From Podarcis pityusensis (taxonomy: Eukaryota), in NCBI GenBank assembly GCA_964106645.2, contig OZ067039.1: a stretch of DNA of 64,000 nt, one strand, 5' to 3'. Positions 24,665 through 37,693 of the stretch are shown here, piece by piece. The first letter of the stretch is position 1; the number at the start of each line of letters is the position of its first letter. The notes under the pieces were generated by a model. That model did no database searches and was not told the DNA's origin. It worked only from the letters and a program-made list of their open reading frames with translations. The position numbers and the translations under genes are program-made.

Positions 24665-25208
24665 CAGTGGTGCCCCCCAAGACAAATGCCTCGCAAGACG
24701 GAAAACCCGCTAGACGAAAGGGTTTTCCGTTTTGGAGGTGCTTCGCAAAACAAATTTCCTATGTGCTTGCTTCGCAAGACGAAAATGTCTTGCGAGTTCC
24801 TGCGGGTTTTTTTCCCTCCCCCCCCTTTTTCCCAAGCCGCTAAGCCGCTTAACAGCTGATCGCTAAGCCGCTTATCAGCTGATCCGCTAAGCCGCTTAAC
24901 AGCTGATCGCTAAGCCGCTTATCAGCTGATCCGCTAAGCCGCTTAAGAGCTGATCCGTTAAGCCACTAAGCTGCTTATCAGCTGATCCGCTAAGCCGCTT
25001 AACAGCTGATCGCTAAGCCGCTTATCAGCTGATCCGTTAAGCTGCTTAACAGCTGATCGCTAAGCCACTTATCAGCTGATCCGCTAAGCCGCTAATACTG
25101 TAGCGCTAATCCGCTAAACCGCTAATGGGCTTGCTTCGCAAGACGAAAAAACCCACAAGACGAAGAGACTCGCGGAACGGATTCTTTTTGTCTTGCGAGG
25201 CACCACTG
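24665..25208. mobile_element. Tc1/mariner (Tigger/pogo-like) MITE with internal minisatellite
   Basis: TA|cagtggtgcc...ggcaccactg|TA termini and repeated subterminal cgcaagacg motifs. Confidence 0.85.
24837..25095. repeat. Minisatellite, about 10 units of 23-24 bp (cgctaagccgctta(ac/tc)agctgatc)
   Basis: Directly visible tandem units with no unique spacers. Confidence 0.92.
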
Positions 25209-25294
25209 TACGGCCACTGCTGATGCTCAAATGACTAGACAGGAATATCAGTCTCACTTGATGCAAATGACACTGCACAGTGTAAGGGAAGACT

Positions 25295-25296
<2 letters not shown>

Positions 25297-25339
<43 letters not shown>
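25297..25339. repeat. (GT)n microsatellite
   Basis: Visible in sequence. Confidence 0.95.
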
Positions 25340-25344
<5 letters not shown>

Positions 25345-26241
25345 TGGAGCATGAGTAGGAGAAAGTTTATTGTCAAACCATAAACCTAATCCATTTCACT
25401 TTCTGTGCAACAGAAGCAGTTTTTGTTATCCTGTAAAACAGTAAAATTTCCAGTCCTGAAGAGAGATGGAATGGCATTTCCCAACACAGCACACACACAC
25501 ACATTTTAAACATTTTTATGACTGAGTATTACACCACCATAGAAAATCAAGATTCCTAATGGATCTCTACTCCTGCCACAGGGCCCAAAATATTTGAGAA
25601 TTGCTCACGCAGACACACTTAATTGGAACTTAGTTGGAGGGGAAGAAAACCACGGCAAGCATGGCCAGTAAAGTGGTGTGAAATCTGCGTGCAGGTATTA
25701 AATGTTCAACATTAGTGCCATGTGTATCAGATTTAATAGTGTATGTTGAGAAGGGATGTTCACATTGTGAAGGAAGAATGTGGTGTGTGTGTGTGTGTAT
25801 TGGAAGTGTCATCTCTTCCAACCCCTCGTAATAGTTACATTTAAAAAAAAGGATGCCATTCATCGTGGAGTCACTTTAGATGAAGAGGGTATTGAAATGT
25901 TTGCAATAAATATTGTGTTTTAATCCAAAGGTCTCTCCCAATAGCCCTCTCACCCTCTATTTGGTTGCATCACCATGGCCAGGAGTGAAGTTGGTGGCAA
26001 CTCACACAGTCCTGAGATAAACTCAGAAATCAACTAACACCTTATCTCTTTTCCATTCCTCTTTGCCACAAGGCTGCTTTCTTCATTGGCTACCATTGAT
26101 CAAGAGCTCTAACTAAGACTCAGACGTGTTAGCAACCTTGCTGAGCAGTAAATCTACTGGGCCTCAAAGCATGGACACTACACACACACACACACGTGTG
26201 CAGTTTAGGAGCAAGGGCGGGGAAGAGGGCAAGTATCTCAC

Positions 26242-27250
26242 CTGAGACAACTCCTTCAGCGTGTAGGTGTAGAACGGCCTGGCATACACAAAGACAGGGA
26301 GGGAATGTTGAACAGAAGGCAGCTCCGCCACTCTCAGGGCTTCCCCCACTTTGGCCCACACAAACTTCTTCCCTTGCGGAGAGGTCCTCAGCGCCTCCTC
26401 CATGTAGATGGAAGGGTAGAGGGCTTTGCTGTTCTCCCAGAGCCAGATCAGCTCGTTGTTGCGCTGCACTTCCAGCGGAGGGCAGTGCCCTGTGAAGTTC
26501 TCAAAACTATCCAAATAGTGGTAGTTGTAGCACTCTGGGAAGAGGTAGTAGCCCCACCAGCCCTGGGGGCGGAGAGAGCGGGCCAGCTGCAGGGTCTTAG
26601 ACATGAATTCCTGGGCGGCCGTCTCAAATTCCCACTTAGCCTGCATTTCGGCCTGGGCGTCCGACAAATGGCGATTCTTTTGCCTGACGAGCTGGACAGA
26701 CATGTTCCGATAGACGTTTTTCTTGTCCCAGTTCCTGACCCACTGGGGCCTCCAGTTTTCCCAGTCTATCACAGAGAGGCCCGCAAAGGAGCTGGAGGGC
26801 ATGGCTGCCGTCAGGTCGCTCTCCATCTGCTCCAAGTGCCTTGTCAGGCTGGCGTTCTGAGGGCAGCCGCCGTTGACGGCAGTGGGCGGCACCGTTGTGT
26901 TCAAGTAGTAGGGATACAAGCCCAGCTGGTCGTAGTAGAAGATTGTGACGTTGCTGCCCACAAAGGCTTCCTGAGCATTCGCCAGGATGCTGTAGGAGTC
27001 CAAGCGGAGGGGCACCCCGTAGGCAGCCGAGCACCGGGCGGTTGGCGCATTCCAGGCCACCAGAAAGGGGCTCTCTTGGACAATGGGAGGCAAGGACGGC
27101 TTCAGGTTGGGAGACGCCACAGGCAGGTCTGGGAACAAGAGCAGGAGCAGCAGGAGGGCATGGCGGCTGAAGGGCTGGCACAGCCTCAAGGGTGCGGATG
27201 CCCACACGGGTGGCCCGGCTGAGCACGAGGGTGCTGTGTCGCATGCAATG
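26242..27250 (-). CDS. Hyaluronidase large coding exon (GH56 catalytic domain), SPAM1/HYAL4-like
   Basis: PFLVAWNAPT, IFYYDQLGLYPY, NGGCPQ, catalytic VIDWENWRP, WGYYLFPECYNY, ALYPSIY. Acceptor tctttcctgcag at 27251; donor CAG|gtgaga at 26241. Confidence 0.95.
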
Positions 27251-28659
27251 CTGCAGGAAAGACAAGAGGCCCGTCAAGAGTTACATGAGCATGATGCTTA
27301 CTGGCCAGGTATTCTAAAACAAACCCAACCGTATTCCAATCTGGAACTTCGGTTAACAGCTAACAAATCAGTTTCCCCATGCAGCAATGTTCGGAAGTCC
27401 CCAGGCGCACTTTGCTACTGCCGCGGGTCCAATTTGTGGGATGGAAGCACCCAAAATGCTAAGTAAACGGGTTAATGCTCACAAGGGCTATAGAAATCTG
27501 TACTGTCACACACCCCGAGGCAGTTATTTCAGTTGGTACAGTTATGGCAGTTAGTCTTTCATGTGAGAGCAGCTGAACTGTTGTTGTGCTGCTGTCTGTC
27601 TCAGAGTTAGTCAGTAACAGTATTTATATGTAAGATGTATTAGCAATGTAGGTTAACACCTACCTGTGTTGTGTATTTTAGTTTGCAAGTTGCAAGTACA
27701 TTAAGTACAAGTTATGTTGTTTAAACTTTAAAAGAGCGTGTCTTGGATAGTTTTGGGGGAAAGCAAAGTGATTAAAGGATCAAACGCCCCAGGCTGTCTT
27801 CCACATAACTCTGTAAATGGGAGTTTAATTTCCCCACAATTGCAGGCCCAGTTGCAGAAATCTACGTGGAGATTTCTGGACACCAGGTTGGCAATTGACA
27901 TCTCCATCAAGCCAGCTAACTTGTGTGCAGCAAAAGACAAGCATCTTGTTCTTCTGTGCAAACCATGAACCCTTTGCTGGGCATCTTAGTCCTCCATCAT
28001 CCCATCAAGCAAAGTCAGTGCAGGGCTGAATGCAGATATATTTGACTGCGTTGCAGCCTTTCCACAAGTCACCCAAATGGAACTCAGATCACAGTTTAAA
28101 AACTTCTGCCTTAGCCCACAGTTAATACTATTTCCATTTCCACCGTGTGTGTCTTTCTCCTTCTTGCATATTGGGGACAAATGAACTGTTGTAAGAGCAA
28201 GATACAGTCAAGCAAAGTAGTTGAGATCATAGAATCGTAGAACTGTAGCATTGGAAGGGTCATATAGAGTCCAACCCCCTGGCAAACAGACAATCGCAAC
28301 CTAAGTTTAAGGTGCCATTTAGCGCAACTGAGTTTCTAACACTGCACAGAGTGTGACTGCTCCCCAGTCATCCCAAGGCTGATCCATTAGGGCAAGTGAG
28401 GCACTGCCCCACCACACTTAACCGCTGCCTGCCTCCTTATTTACAAACAGTCTAATGGTTGACTCTGGCTGCCAGCAACCTCCTTGCTCTTAGAACCCAG
28501 ACAGAGGAAGATGGGGCAAAATTAGAATTAGTTTGCTCTGCCTGTCTTTGGCCCTGGCTCAGCCTACTGTTGGCCACCCTGCCTCCTGCCTCACTAACTA
28601 GTGCTATATATGTAAAGCCTTCTTTATCATAGATGTTTTCATCCGACAGCCACATTACA

Positions 28660-28780
28660 ATCATAGAACTGTAGAGTTGGAAGGCAGTGAATGCAAACCT
28701 CCAAGGAAGGGGAGCCTGACCACCCCTTGTGGGAGTCTGTTCCACCGGCAAACAGCTCTTGCCGTCAGAAAGTCCTTCCT
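28660..28780 (-). mobile_element. CR1-type 3' end fragment
   Basis: atcatagaactgtagagttggaagg tail; minus-strand translation FLTARAVCRWNRLP. A similar tail lies at 28225-28285. Confidence 0.6.
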
Positions 28781-29235
28781 TTCGCTTGTGAGCATCACAG
28801 AGCCGCCGAAGACTCCAGCTGCAAAAAGCACAACCTTGCCCCTTCCCTTGTTTTTGTCTGACATCCCAGGGGTCAGGGGTCAAAAGCAGACTGGGTAGGC
28901 AAGCTCAGGACAATGGGTGAGTGGTGGCTTTTTAAGGGCTCCATTCTCTCCAAATCAGGTCTGAAAGGAAAGCTGCCTTTTTGTTAATTGCCCGGCTGCA
29001 AGAGGTTTCCCTCAAGCTACGTAATTTGCAGAGTAATTCAATTTGCAGCATACATGAGGGAGGGAAGGAGAGCTGCTGCTGCTGCTGCTGCTACTCCTTA
29101 GAGGCCGCCCAGCTCCAGGGTCACAAATCTGCTCCCAGTGCTATTTATCCAAGTGTAGGGTAAATGGTGGCTTCGCTTTGCTGTGTCGCTATAGCCTTGT
29201 CCATTTTGTCATTAGCAGTTTTCTCTGTTTAAAAC

Positions 29236-29375
29236 AGGGATGGGGAACCTGCATTAGCAAGACTCCAGCTCCCATCAGCCCCAGCCAGCATGACTAGTGG
29301 TCAGGGATGATGGGAGCTTGAGTCCAACAACCACCTTTGGAGTCTGACCTAGAGGGCACAGGTTCCCTAGCCCAG
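29236..29375. mobile_element. Degenerate hAT-like MITE (related copies near 8.45, 15.0, 20.8 and 24.0 kb)
   Basis: cagggatggggaacct...aggttccctagccc ends and the ctcccatcagccccagccagcatg core. Confidence 0.55.
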
Positions 29376-32300
29376 TTTATAATTTAATCCATTGATTTAA
29401 AACAAAAAACAAAACAAAACCCTGGTGCAACGTTTGGGTTTATAAAATAACATGGATATACATTCTGAATCGAAGGCCCCAGAAGCTCCAGTTTGTTGTT
29501 GGCACATTCAAGGTGCTCCCTCCCCCTTCTACCACTGCAAGCATCCCGTTCTCCCCTTCTCATGCTCCCAGCTCAGTGAGGCCAATTCCACCAGGAACTG
29601 AGTAGTCACATTAACCTCATTCTGCATAGGCCACAGAGCAGACATCTGATGATTACAGCGTTCAATCATTGCTGACCTGCATTAAAGCCTAGTATTTCCC
29701 TGGAGGTGAAGCGCTTCTTAGTCAAATGCATTACCCACTAATGTCCAGAGCTCTCAGAAAACCTTGTATAATCTGGCAGGGTAGATGCAGTGTGAAAGCC
29801 AGAAAGTTCGTAACATTTGATAAGATCGGGGCGAGGAACAAAGTGCCTCCATGTGAGCTTTTGCAGAGCGGGGAATCAGAGGCTTATTGAGGAACTGGGG
29901 GGGGGGGGCAGAATATCAACCAGAATGAAGGCTAGAAAGAGGCCTCTGGGTGGGTAGGAGCCAGCGGAGCGTGCTCTGCACATGGGCAGAGGACGCAGGG
30001 AGGGAGGCTGGGAAGGTGGCACAGAGAAATCAAAGGCAGTGGTGATGGTAATGCAAGGAGGTCCCGGTACAGGGAGGTCCCGGTTCACATCCCACCTGAC
30101 TGCTGAGCTAGCCATGTGGCCATTCCTCATCCCTGAGTGCTACTCCACAGGGTTGTTGTAAAGGAGGAGGAAAGGCAGGATGAAAAGTGATGATGCCATA
30201 GTGCCTGGAAGGAAAAATCAAAACCTTCTTTTCCTCTTCCTGTCTCCTCCCTATTTATTCTTCCCATAATCTCCAGCAGATCTTTCATCCAGACCTGAAA
30301 AGGCCCTGAAGGTGTATTTGCATATTTAGAAGGGGAAATGCCAAAAAAGCAATCATAATGGGAGTTTAGTGGCTTTTTCAGAGAAGATGACTAGAAAATA
30401 GGAAGCAATAGCCAAACCACCAATTAACTTACTTGGGGAGCAGGGTGCCTGTAAATGGGCCTTCTTTTTTCCTGCTTCTGTCTGTGGTTTTGATCTCCCA
30501 GATAAATCCTATAAGCCACTCAGCATCTCTCCAGCCCCTGGATCTACAGTGAAATCAACAAAAATCACAAGCTCGAAGCAGCGCCAACGTAGTGTGCCAT
30601 GCTGCCCTCTGTTTAAGGACAGCAGCACCACTTTCACCAAGCAACCCAGGAGCAGAATAAGCTTCCCCCCCCAAGCTGTAAAGGAGAAGTTGCTTTTATC
30701 TGAACCCAAGCTTCAGAAGCACTAACTAGACCTCCAGGGAAGATTAAATGGCAACACTGGATACAGAGCTAAGATTTCCTTCTGGAGAGTCAAAGCTCTC
30801 AGTGCAGCAGATTGTATGGGAGGGAGGGGGGTGGAGTTTGTTCCCAGAAGAAAGACTTCCCTCCTCCTCTCTAAGCAGTGGGGATGGAGAACAAACTATA
30901 ATTAAATACTACCTAGCCTTCGGTCTCAATGACATAGCAATTCACCCACTTGACTCCCAAGACATAATTTACATCTCAGGAGTGTTCCTAAACAGTGAGG
31001 GATCTACCAGAGGGATCTACTCCAGGGAAGCCATGAAAACAGCATTTAAATACTTGCCAGCTAGTTTCTTCTCCTAACCAGGGTAGCGTATGTGATTCAA
31101 TCCCATGCACCAATTTTATTTAATAATGCACTAATGTTTAATTATAGTGCTTTCCCCCCTGAAATGTTCAAAGTGCTTCTCATGTATCTCAGTAATCCTT
31201 ATAGCGCCCCTGTAAGTGCTGGCATTATTATCCCCATTTCGCAGATTGAAAGCGAAGACTGAGAGGAGGGCATGCCTAAGGCCACCCAGTGAGCTCAGAG
31301 CTTAAGGAGATTTCCTGCTCGTAATTCATGCTCTTGCTACTGTAGATGCCAGCTCACTTAAGTTCTGAGAAGGCTGCTGGAAGGATGCCAGGCAACTTTG
31401 TGGCAGAGCGATAAACAGGATAACATGGTGCTCCCTAGTGTGCCAATGCATACATATGCATGTTCATATGTCTTACATGGGTAAACAGGTATTCGGGGAG
31501 GGGATGGATTTGTGATGCTACTCTTGGGATCTTTACTGGAGAGGGCAGACAGAATTGCATTTGTTTGATAACCTGGCTTAATTTAGGGGAAAATTTTAAC
31601 ATAGACTAATCTTGGTGTGCTTGTTCCAGAGAGCCAGCAATAACCACACTGCTGCATAGTTGTGATATTTATTTGTAAATCAACAGAGGTTTAAATGATA
31701 ATGTGACAATATAAATGAGTTAAAAGCAGCATCGCGGCTTGAAATGCCACTGCAGAAACATGCCAAAAGGAAAGGGTTGGTAATGCCTCCACTGCCAAGC
31801 CCATCACCTCTTCCTGGACCACTCAATTCCTGTTGCAGAAATGGATCATGAAAGAGACTAGAGGCATGTAATTGCAAGCCAAAGATAAGACTTTGCTACA
31901 GGAAAGTGAAAGAACCAGAAAAGGGGGTCAGGGGGGTTCACATGAAAAGTTTTAGTTTCCCTGTCTTGTAAGAGACGGATTACTTGTGTACTTCCAAGGT
32001 GGAACCTACACACATATAAAAAATGCTGTGAAAATGCTTTAAAAAAACAACACGTTTTGAAAAATACATTGAATTTGGCATAGCTCATGGTCGCCATCTT
32101 GTGTCACATTTGTATATTGCACTTTACAACATATTCACACCAACTTATTTGCAGCTGTATAGCTGAGTCCCAAGTCTTATGTGGAGTTGATGGGAACTGA
32201 ACCGGAGACCTTCAGCACAGAAAGCAGATGTTCCACCACTGAGCCGTGGCCCCTTCTCTGTGTGCAGTTACAAGAGCAGCCAGAAGGACTTGCTCCCAGT

Positions 32301-33894
32301 GTAACAGAAGTGGCGCCCATGGGAACACTTTTCTGGGACTAACAGCAGCCTGGGGGAGAGGAAGAACCTTCATTCGGATCATAGAACTGGAGATGGTGGT
32401 CATGGATAGAGCCCACCATGCTGTAATCCTGGCGCGTCCCCCACACCAGCTGTTTTAAGGTTTTGCACAAACATGCGCCTTCAATTGACAGTTTCAGCAT
32501 CATGCGCACTTCCATCTCGAGGCGAAAGTTCCCATGCCAATCATCGTTAATTATAAAATTGCTATTCTACAAAACGTGCATAGGGCTGTGCCAAAACCAT
32601 TGTTGCAGGAGTCTACAGTGAAGTCATCCCTAAATCCTGGCCTGTGCCAACTCTCCCCTTTCAAACAAATTAATGAGAAAATTTATTCTGAGAAAAATAA
32701 GAGGCCTTGTGATGGAATGGCAATTGTGTTACTGGTGCCATAGCAGCAAACCAGCCTTTTGTGCTAATGTAACTTCCTGGGCCAAGTTTACAGTTACAAC
32801 ACAACCTACAGGTTGTCATAATAATTGCTCTGCCACAATGGCCATTACCGGTAACTATTCCTGCCAATTCTGCGTGGGTCCACTGACCCTCAGGGGTCTC
32901 GTGTTGAGGCACTTAGTTCTGATGGCTGTTAAGTGGATCCCATACAATGATATATAGGAGGATGTGTGTTCAGCATCAGTTGCTCTTTAGAGAATGGTAG
33001 CATCAATGCTCTCGGGGCAGCTATTGATTCTTTAAGCTGTAAATCCAGGTGGAGTTTCTGGAGACACTATGACAGATACAGAAGACTGCCTCCTGCATGA
33101 TCCCATATTCCATAAAGCTCTTAGCTCATCGGACATTGCCCTCAGCCATCCTTTTAAAAGAATTAATATTGCATTTGTGCCTGAAAATACGAGAGCATCA
33201 TGCTGAAAACTAGGTAACAGTAAGTATTCTCAGGTGTAGAATATAGCAAAAATGTTAACATCTGAACGGTATGAAAACTTTGTGAAGAAACTTTGTAAGA
33301 AAAACAAAAACAACGCCCCCCCCCCCGTGCTAGGGTAGCATCCTGCCTGCCAGATGAGTGCTTTGAAATTGCTTACTAAAGAATAAATTAGGACATGGTC
33401 CAGCAAAGGTTAAGGACTCATGCAACCACACATGTCAAACAGAGCAGGATCACTGGTGTAATGCAAAGAATAAAGAAAAAACAAGATATATTTGATGCCT
33501 TTGAAAACATTTTGCTTTCTTTCTCGGTTTGCTCCTCTCACCACCATCACATTCTATTTATTCTTCACACGTTGTCAGCATTTTCTGGGCTTGCAAGAAT
33601 ATAAATAACGAATATTCAATTATCAATGTTTTAAGCAAGGGATGCATTGAATTCCATGAAAGTGAGGGGAGGCACACTTAAGTAACGCTAAGCATCTCCA
33701 TGTCTGTAAATGAGGGTCCTGTGAAATTTGTATTTTATTTTCATAGATTCTGGTCTCCCTCTGAAGTAAAAGGCAGAGAAATTAACACTACAAAACAGGA
33801 ATTTACTCACAACAATGCTACAGTTTAAACATTTAAAACTGCTTTTAAAAATTGGAGCTGTTTACCAAATTGTTTATAGGAAGATGCAAGTAAG

Positions 33895-33896
<2 letters not shown>

Positions 33897-33926
<30 letters not shown>
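33897..33926. repeat. (GT)n microsatellite
   Basis: Visible in sequence. Confidence 0.95.
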
Positions 33927-33928
<2 letters not shown>

Positions 33929-34598
33929 GTAGGTAAGAATTGTTCTCTCTCATTCTTATGCATTTCATGGCAAATAAGAGGCAGGCTATTTTACCTCAGT
34001 CATTTAACAATTGCATTTCAAAGGGAAGGAAGTCACATAAAATTCCAGCAGCTCTACAAATGACAATTATCCATTAAATAAGCAGTAGGACGAGCCACAG
34101 AAAGAATGTGATCAGAAAGTGAGACATAGATTCTCTTTTCTGGATGTTCCAACATTAGACTATAGGAGTAGAGGGAAAGTACAGATACTTTAAAAGCAAG
34201 GAAGCAGCAATTTTCCAAAGGCTTCAGATATCCTGGCTGCTTGCATCAGAAGCAGAAAGCTCTAATTCGCCAATCTCCTTCTGTGTCTTCATTCCATCAG
34301 CCACTTTTAGGTATGAAGAGAATGGGAACCCACTCTGATTTTAAAAGGCCGGCTTTCAGAAGACTAAAGAGCCTGTGGCAAACTTGCATCTCTGCAATTC
34401 ATGACTTCAAACCTCCCCCACCCCCCAATGTCCATGTGAGCGGTTGGATTAAAGATGAGGCTCTGGCTGCTGCTAGCTCTGACAGGTGAATTTCCAGCGC
34501 AGCCCTAATGGAATTCCCACCTCTTTTCCAAAGAACAATACAAAAACAACTGCTCAGCCAAACAAAAGAAAACATGTGGGGGGGGGAGGGGCACCTAC

Positions 34599-34618
34599 CT
34601 GAAGAGTTTTGCAGCCAT
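34599..34618 (-). CDS. Putative first coding exon of the hyaluronidase (MAAKLF + 2 nt)
   Basis: ATG GCT GCA AAA CTC TTC AG|gtaggt. Phase 2 joins in frame to the exon starting at 27250, which has no in-frame ATG ahead of its hydrophobic signal segment. Lies in a GC-rich region. Confidence 0.6.
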
Positions 34619-37426
34619 GGGACCGAGCCACCTCCTCCTGGCCCCTCCAGTGCTCTGTCTGCCTCTTAAGAGTCAGGCTCAGACCGGGAAGATGAGGGCA
34701 CCTGCTAAGCCAGCGCCCTCAGTGGGTCCCCTCTGGCTAGGACCAAGCCCTCTATTTTCTCAGGCTGCTCAGGGTGCCTCAGTGCCTCTCGCCTGCATCC
34801 CTGCCAGATGCATTTGCACATCAGTTTTGTGCTCAGAGACACCCAGGAGGTGGTTCCCTAGACCAAGGGACCCGGAAGGGAGGGGGAACTACCTGTGGCT
34901 GCTCTCCCCTGCATCTGCAGTGGTACAGCCCATGTCTGTGTGCTCTGTGGACAGCTGTGTTTATTGTGAGCACCTCCTCCAGGCTAACCTCGTGCTCGAG
35001 TGCCGTGTGTGCTCATTCAGTCAAACAGAAAGCTCGCCGGCGCTCGACCCCGTGTGAGAAAAGACGGGCGGCAGCGGCAGCGGCAGCCACTTTTGTCCTG
35101 TCTTCACAGCCTCTCTGAGCAGACGGCAGCAGCCTTGCCCTTTGTAGCTCCCTGGTTTTCCTTTGCTCCGATGCATTTTACAGCCCCAAAGCAGCTGTGA
35201 TGTGCAAAGGGACCCCGCGGGCTGCCAAGAGAGACAGTCGCTCAAAAGTTCCAAATTGAATAGGCTGCGCTTGCCAGTTCGGAACAGGAGTGCTAGGCGG
35301 CGTCTTAACTTGCAAACTTTGGAGAGGTGGCATTACAGGAATGGCCAACTTCCAAGAGACTGCGATCTACTCAAACTGGCAGTGAACCCCCTTTTTTGGG
35401 GTTCAGGTCAAAGTTGTTGAGCACAGTTTCTTAGGGGTGCAGGGCAAACTTTTTGAGCTGCTTTGGGGGAGCCAGTGATTTACCAGTGATCTACCACGGA
35501 CATTCAGGGATCTACCAATGCCTGACCTAAGGCATTTGGAGCCTGAAGCAAACTACATAATCACATACACACACACCCTGCCAGGGAAGAAGGGGTGAGT
35601 GGAAATCTACATCAGAAACCACAGAGAAAGAAATAAAGATCTACATCAGGATCTGCTGTCCCTGTGGGTCCTGCCACCCTAGGCGATTGCCTCACCTTGC
35701 CTCATGTGGGCCAACTCTGACAACAGGTCTGAGACTTTAAGTCCCAGGATCAGTTAAGATAAGAACTGGAACGTATGCTTTTTAAAGGGAAATCTTTGTC
35801 TAGAATTCATGAGCCCCCAAACAAGCTTACACTGCTCTTCTGCTACTGCACGGCAATGAGGTTGTCTTGGGAATGTGTCAGACAGTCTTTTATTGGTTGC
35901 CCCTCCCCTCTCCAGAAACAGTAGATCATTCATAGGATGGTCCCAAAAGGAGGAATATTCTAGAGGTAGATTCTCTCAGAGCTACTGCACATGTTAGGAT
36001 TAGGTAACCAGAGAGGTCGCCTTCATGCCCTACTTGTGGGATCCCTAGTAGTATCTGGTGGGCCACCATGCAAAACGGGATGCAGGACTAGATTGATTGT
36101 CTGACTTCGCAGGGCTCTTCTCAGGTACACCTAAACACAGGTGCAGAGCAAGAAAGGCTACTGAATCTGCTCTAGAAAGCCAAGGTATAGATTTTTAAGT
36201 GTTGGCCCTGGTGGGGTGGGGATGAGGGAGAAGACCCCTCTGCTTCAGGGAGCAAAATGTCCCAGACTGGCACCAAAAACTAACTACAACCCCACTTTTA
36301 TATTGCTTTCTGACCCTGGGACCTACTTAAATGGAATGTCTTTCCAGAGTTCAGTTTCAAAACTGCCTCCATGCCTTCGCATTTCTGGGAGAACCAAATG
36401 GTGCAGGGTGAGAATCAAGCCCAAACCTTCCAACGAATTTCAAGTAGGCAACTGAAGCAAAACTGGGAGGAAACAACGGCCAGATATTTCACAACTGGCT
36501 GCCTGGATCAGAGAAACGGCGCTTGGACTAAAGGCTACCTTAGCCCATTGCCAGTCCCCCGAGGCATCAGGTGCCATCTGGTTGGAGGGAAAGAACAGCG
36601 CAGCATAGAGGAAGAGGAGTGGTCAAACGGCTCTGCCAGAGATTCCCAGCACATCTCACGGTGTTATACTCCATTAGTGACGAATCATAATACGTTTGCT
36701 CCACCACAACAGGAAGAAAGGCGCATCCCTCCCCTGCAGTGGTGCCTATTGGGCAAGAGACTCTGGGGCAGAAATCCAGGGCCTCACTCTGCAGAATGAG
36801 TAGCCCCCCCCCCCCAATAAAGCACACAGAGCGTGGGACTCGCTTAGGACATTCTGAAGTAATACACATTACCATAGCAAAGTAATACAAAAAAATACAA
36901 TGCATAAAAAACCTGAGTGAGAACAACCGCTATTTTATATGGTTTTCATTTATGTATTTTACGTATTGTACCTTTATTGTATATTTCTTTGGGGCCAAAA
37001 GGTGGTTTATCAATACACCATACCATGCTATTTACAGAGGGGATGAGTGGAAGACAATAGGGTCCAGAGTCTAAAGCTACCTAACTGCTCTGCTGCCTCT
37101 CTTCAAGGCATAACAGCAACCCAAAAAGCAACCCACAGCATTTTAGTCTACCTTGCTTCACCTGGTGGCTACACACAGGAAATCGGTAAAACAAATACCA
37201 CCAGGCTGAGAGAAAGATTGACAGACCAAATAGTTGAGCATAAGCATGCTTCTCTAAACCTCCTTAAAATATTGGGTCTCCCCCACCCCCCCTTTCCCCC
37301 TCAGTTTAATATTCTCTTGTTACACAGGTTGCTACACAGATCAGTGTGAGTTTCCAGAATGGCTGATTTTTCTACAATCTGTCATGTTGGCACAAAGAAG
37401 GATAGCTCATATCTCAGCTAGTGATC

Positions 37427-37693
37427 AGGGCCAGCCCATGACATTTTGCTGCCTGAGGTGAAGCAACAAATGGAAACCCCTCCCCACTGGTCAAGGTTCA
37501 CATCACCAAAGAGGGGCCAAGTTATTTTGGCACCTGAGGCAGAGAATCCCACAAGTGCCTCTCAACCTCCTTGGCAGTAAAAATGCAGTCATAATAAATT
37601 AAATAGCTGACAATTTGCTGCCTTTTCCTGACACAACCCAAATCAGCTGCTCAAGGCTGCCGCTTTCCTCTGCCTAATGGTAGGGCCAGCCCC
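37427..37693. mobile_element. Non-autonomous DNA-transposon-like repeat (related copies near 53.3-53.55 and 55.8-56.04 kb)
   Basis: Shared agggccagccc..gacattttgctgcctgag start and ctaatggtagggccagccc end. Confidence 0.5.

Noticed and set aside
24837-25095. CRISPR-like array
   Set aside because: Units abut with no unique spacers, the DNA is vertebrate, and the array lies inside a MITE.
26305-27277. 305-aa antisense ORF and 213-aa alternative-frame ORF over the hyaluronidase exon
   Set aside because: Shadow ORFs expected from GC-rich coding sequence; no recognisable domains.
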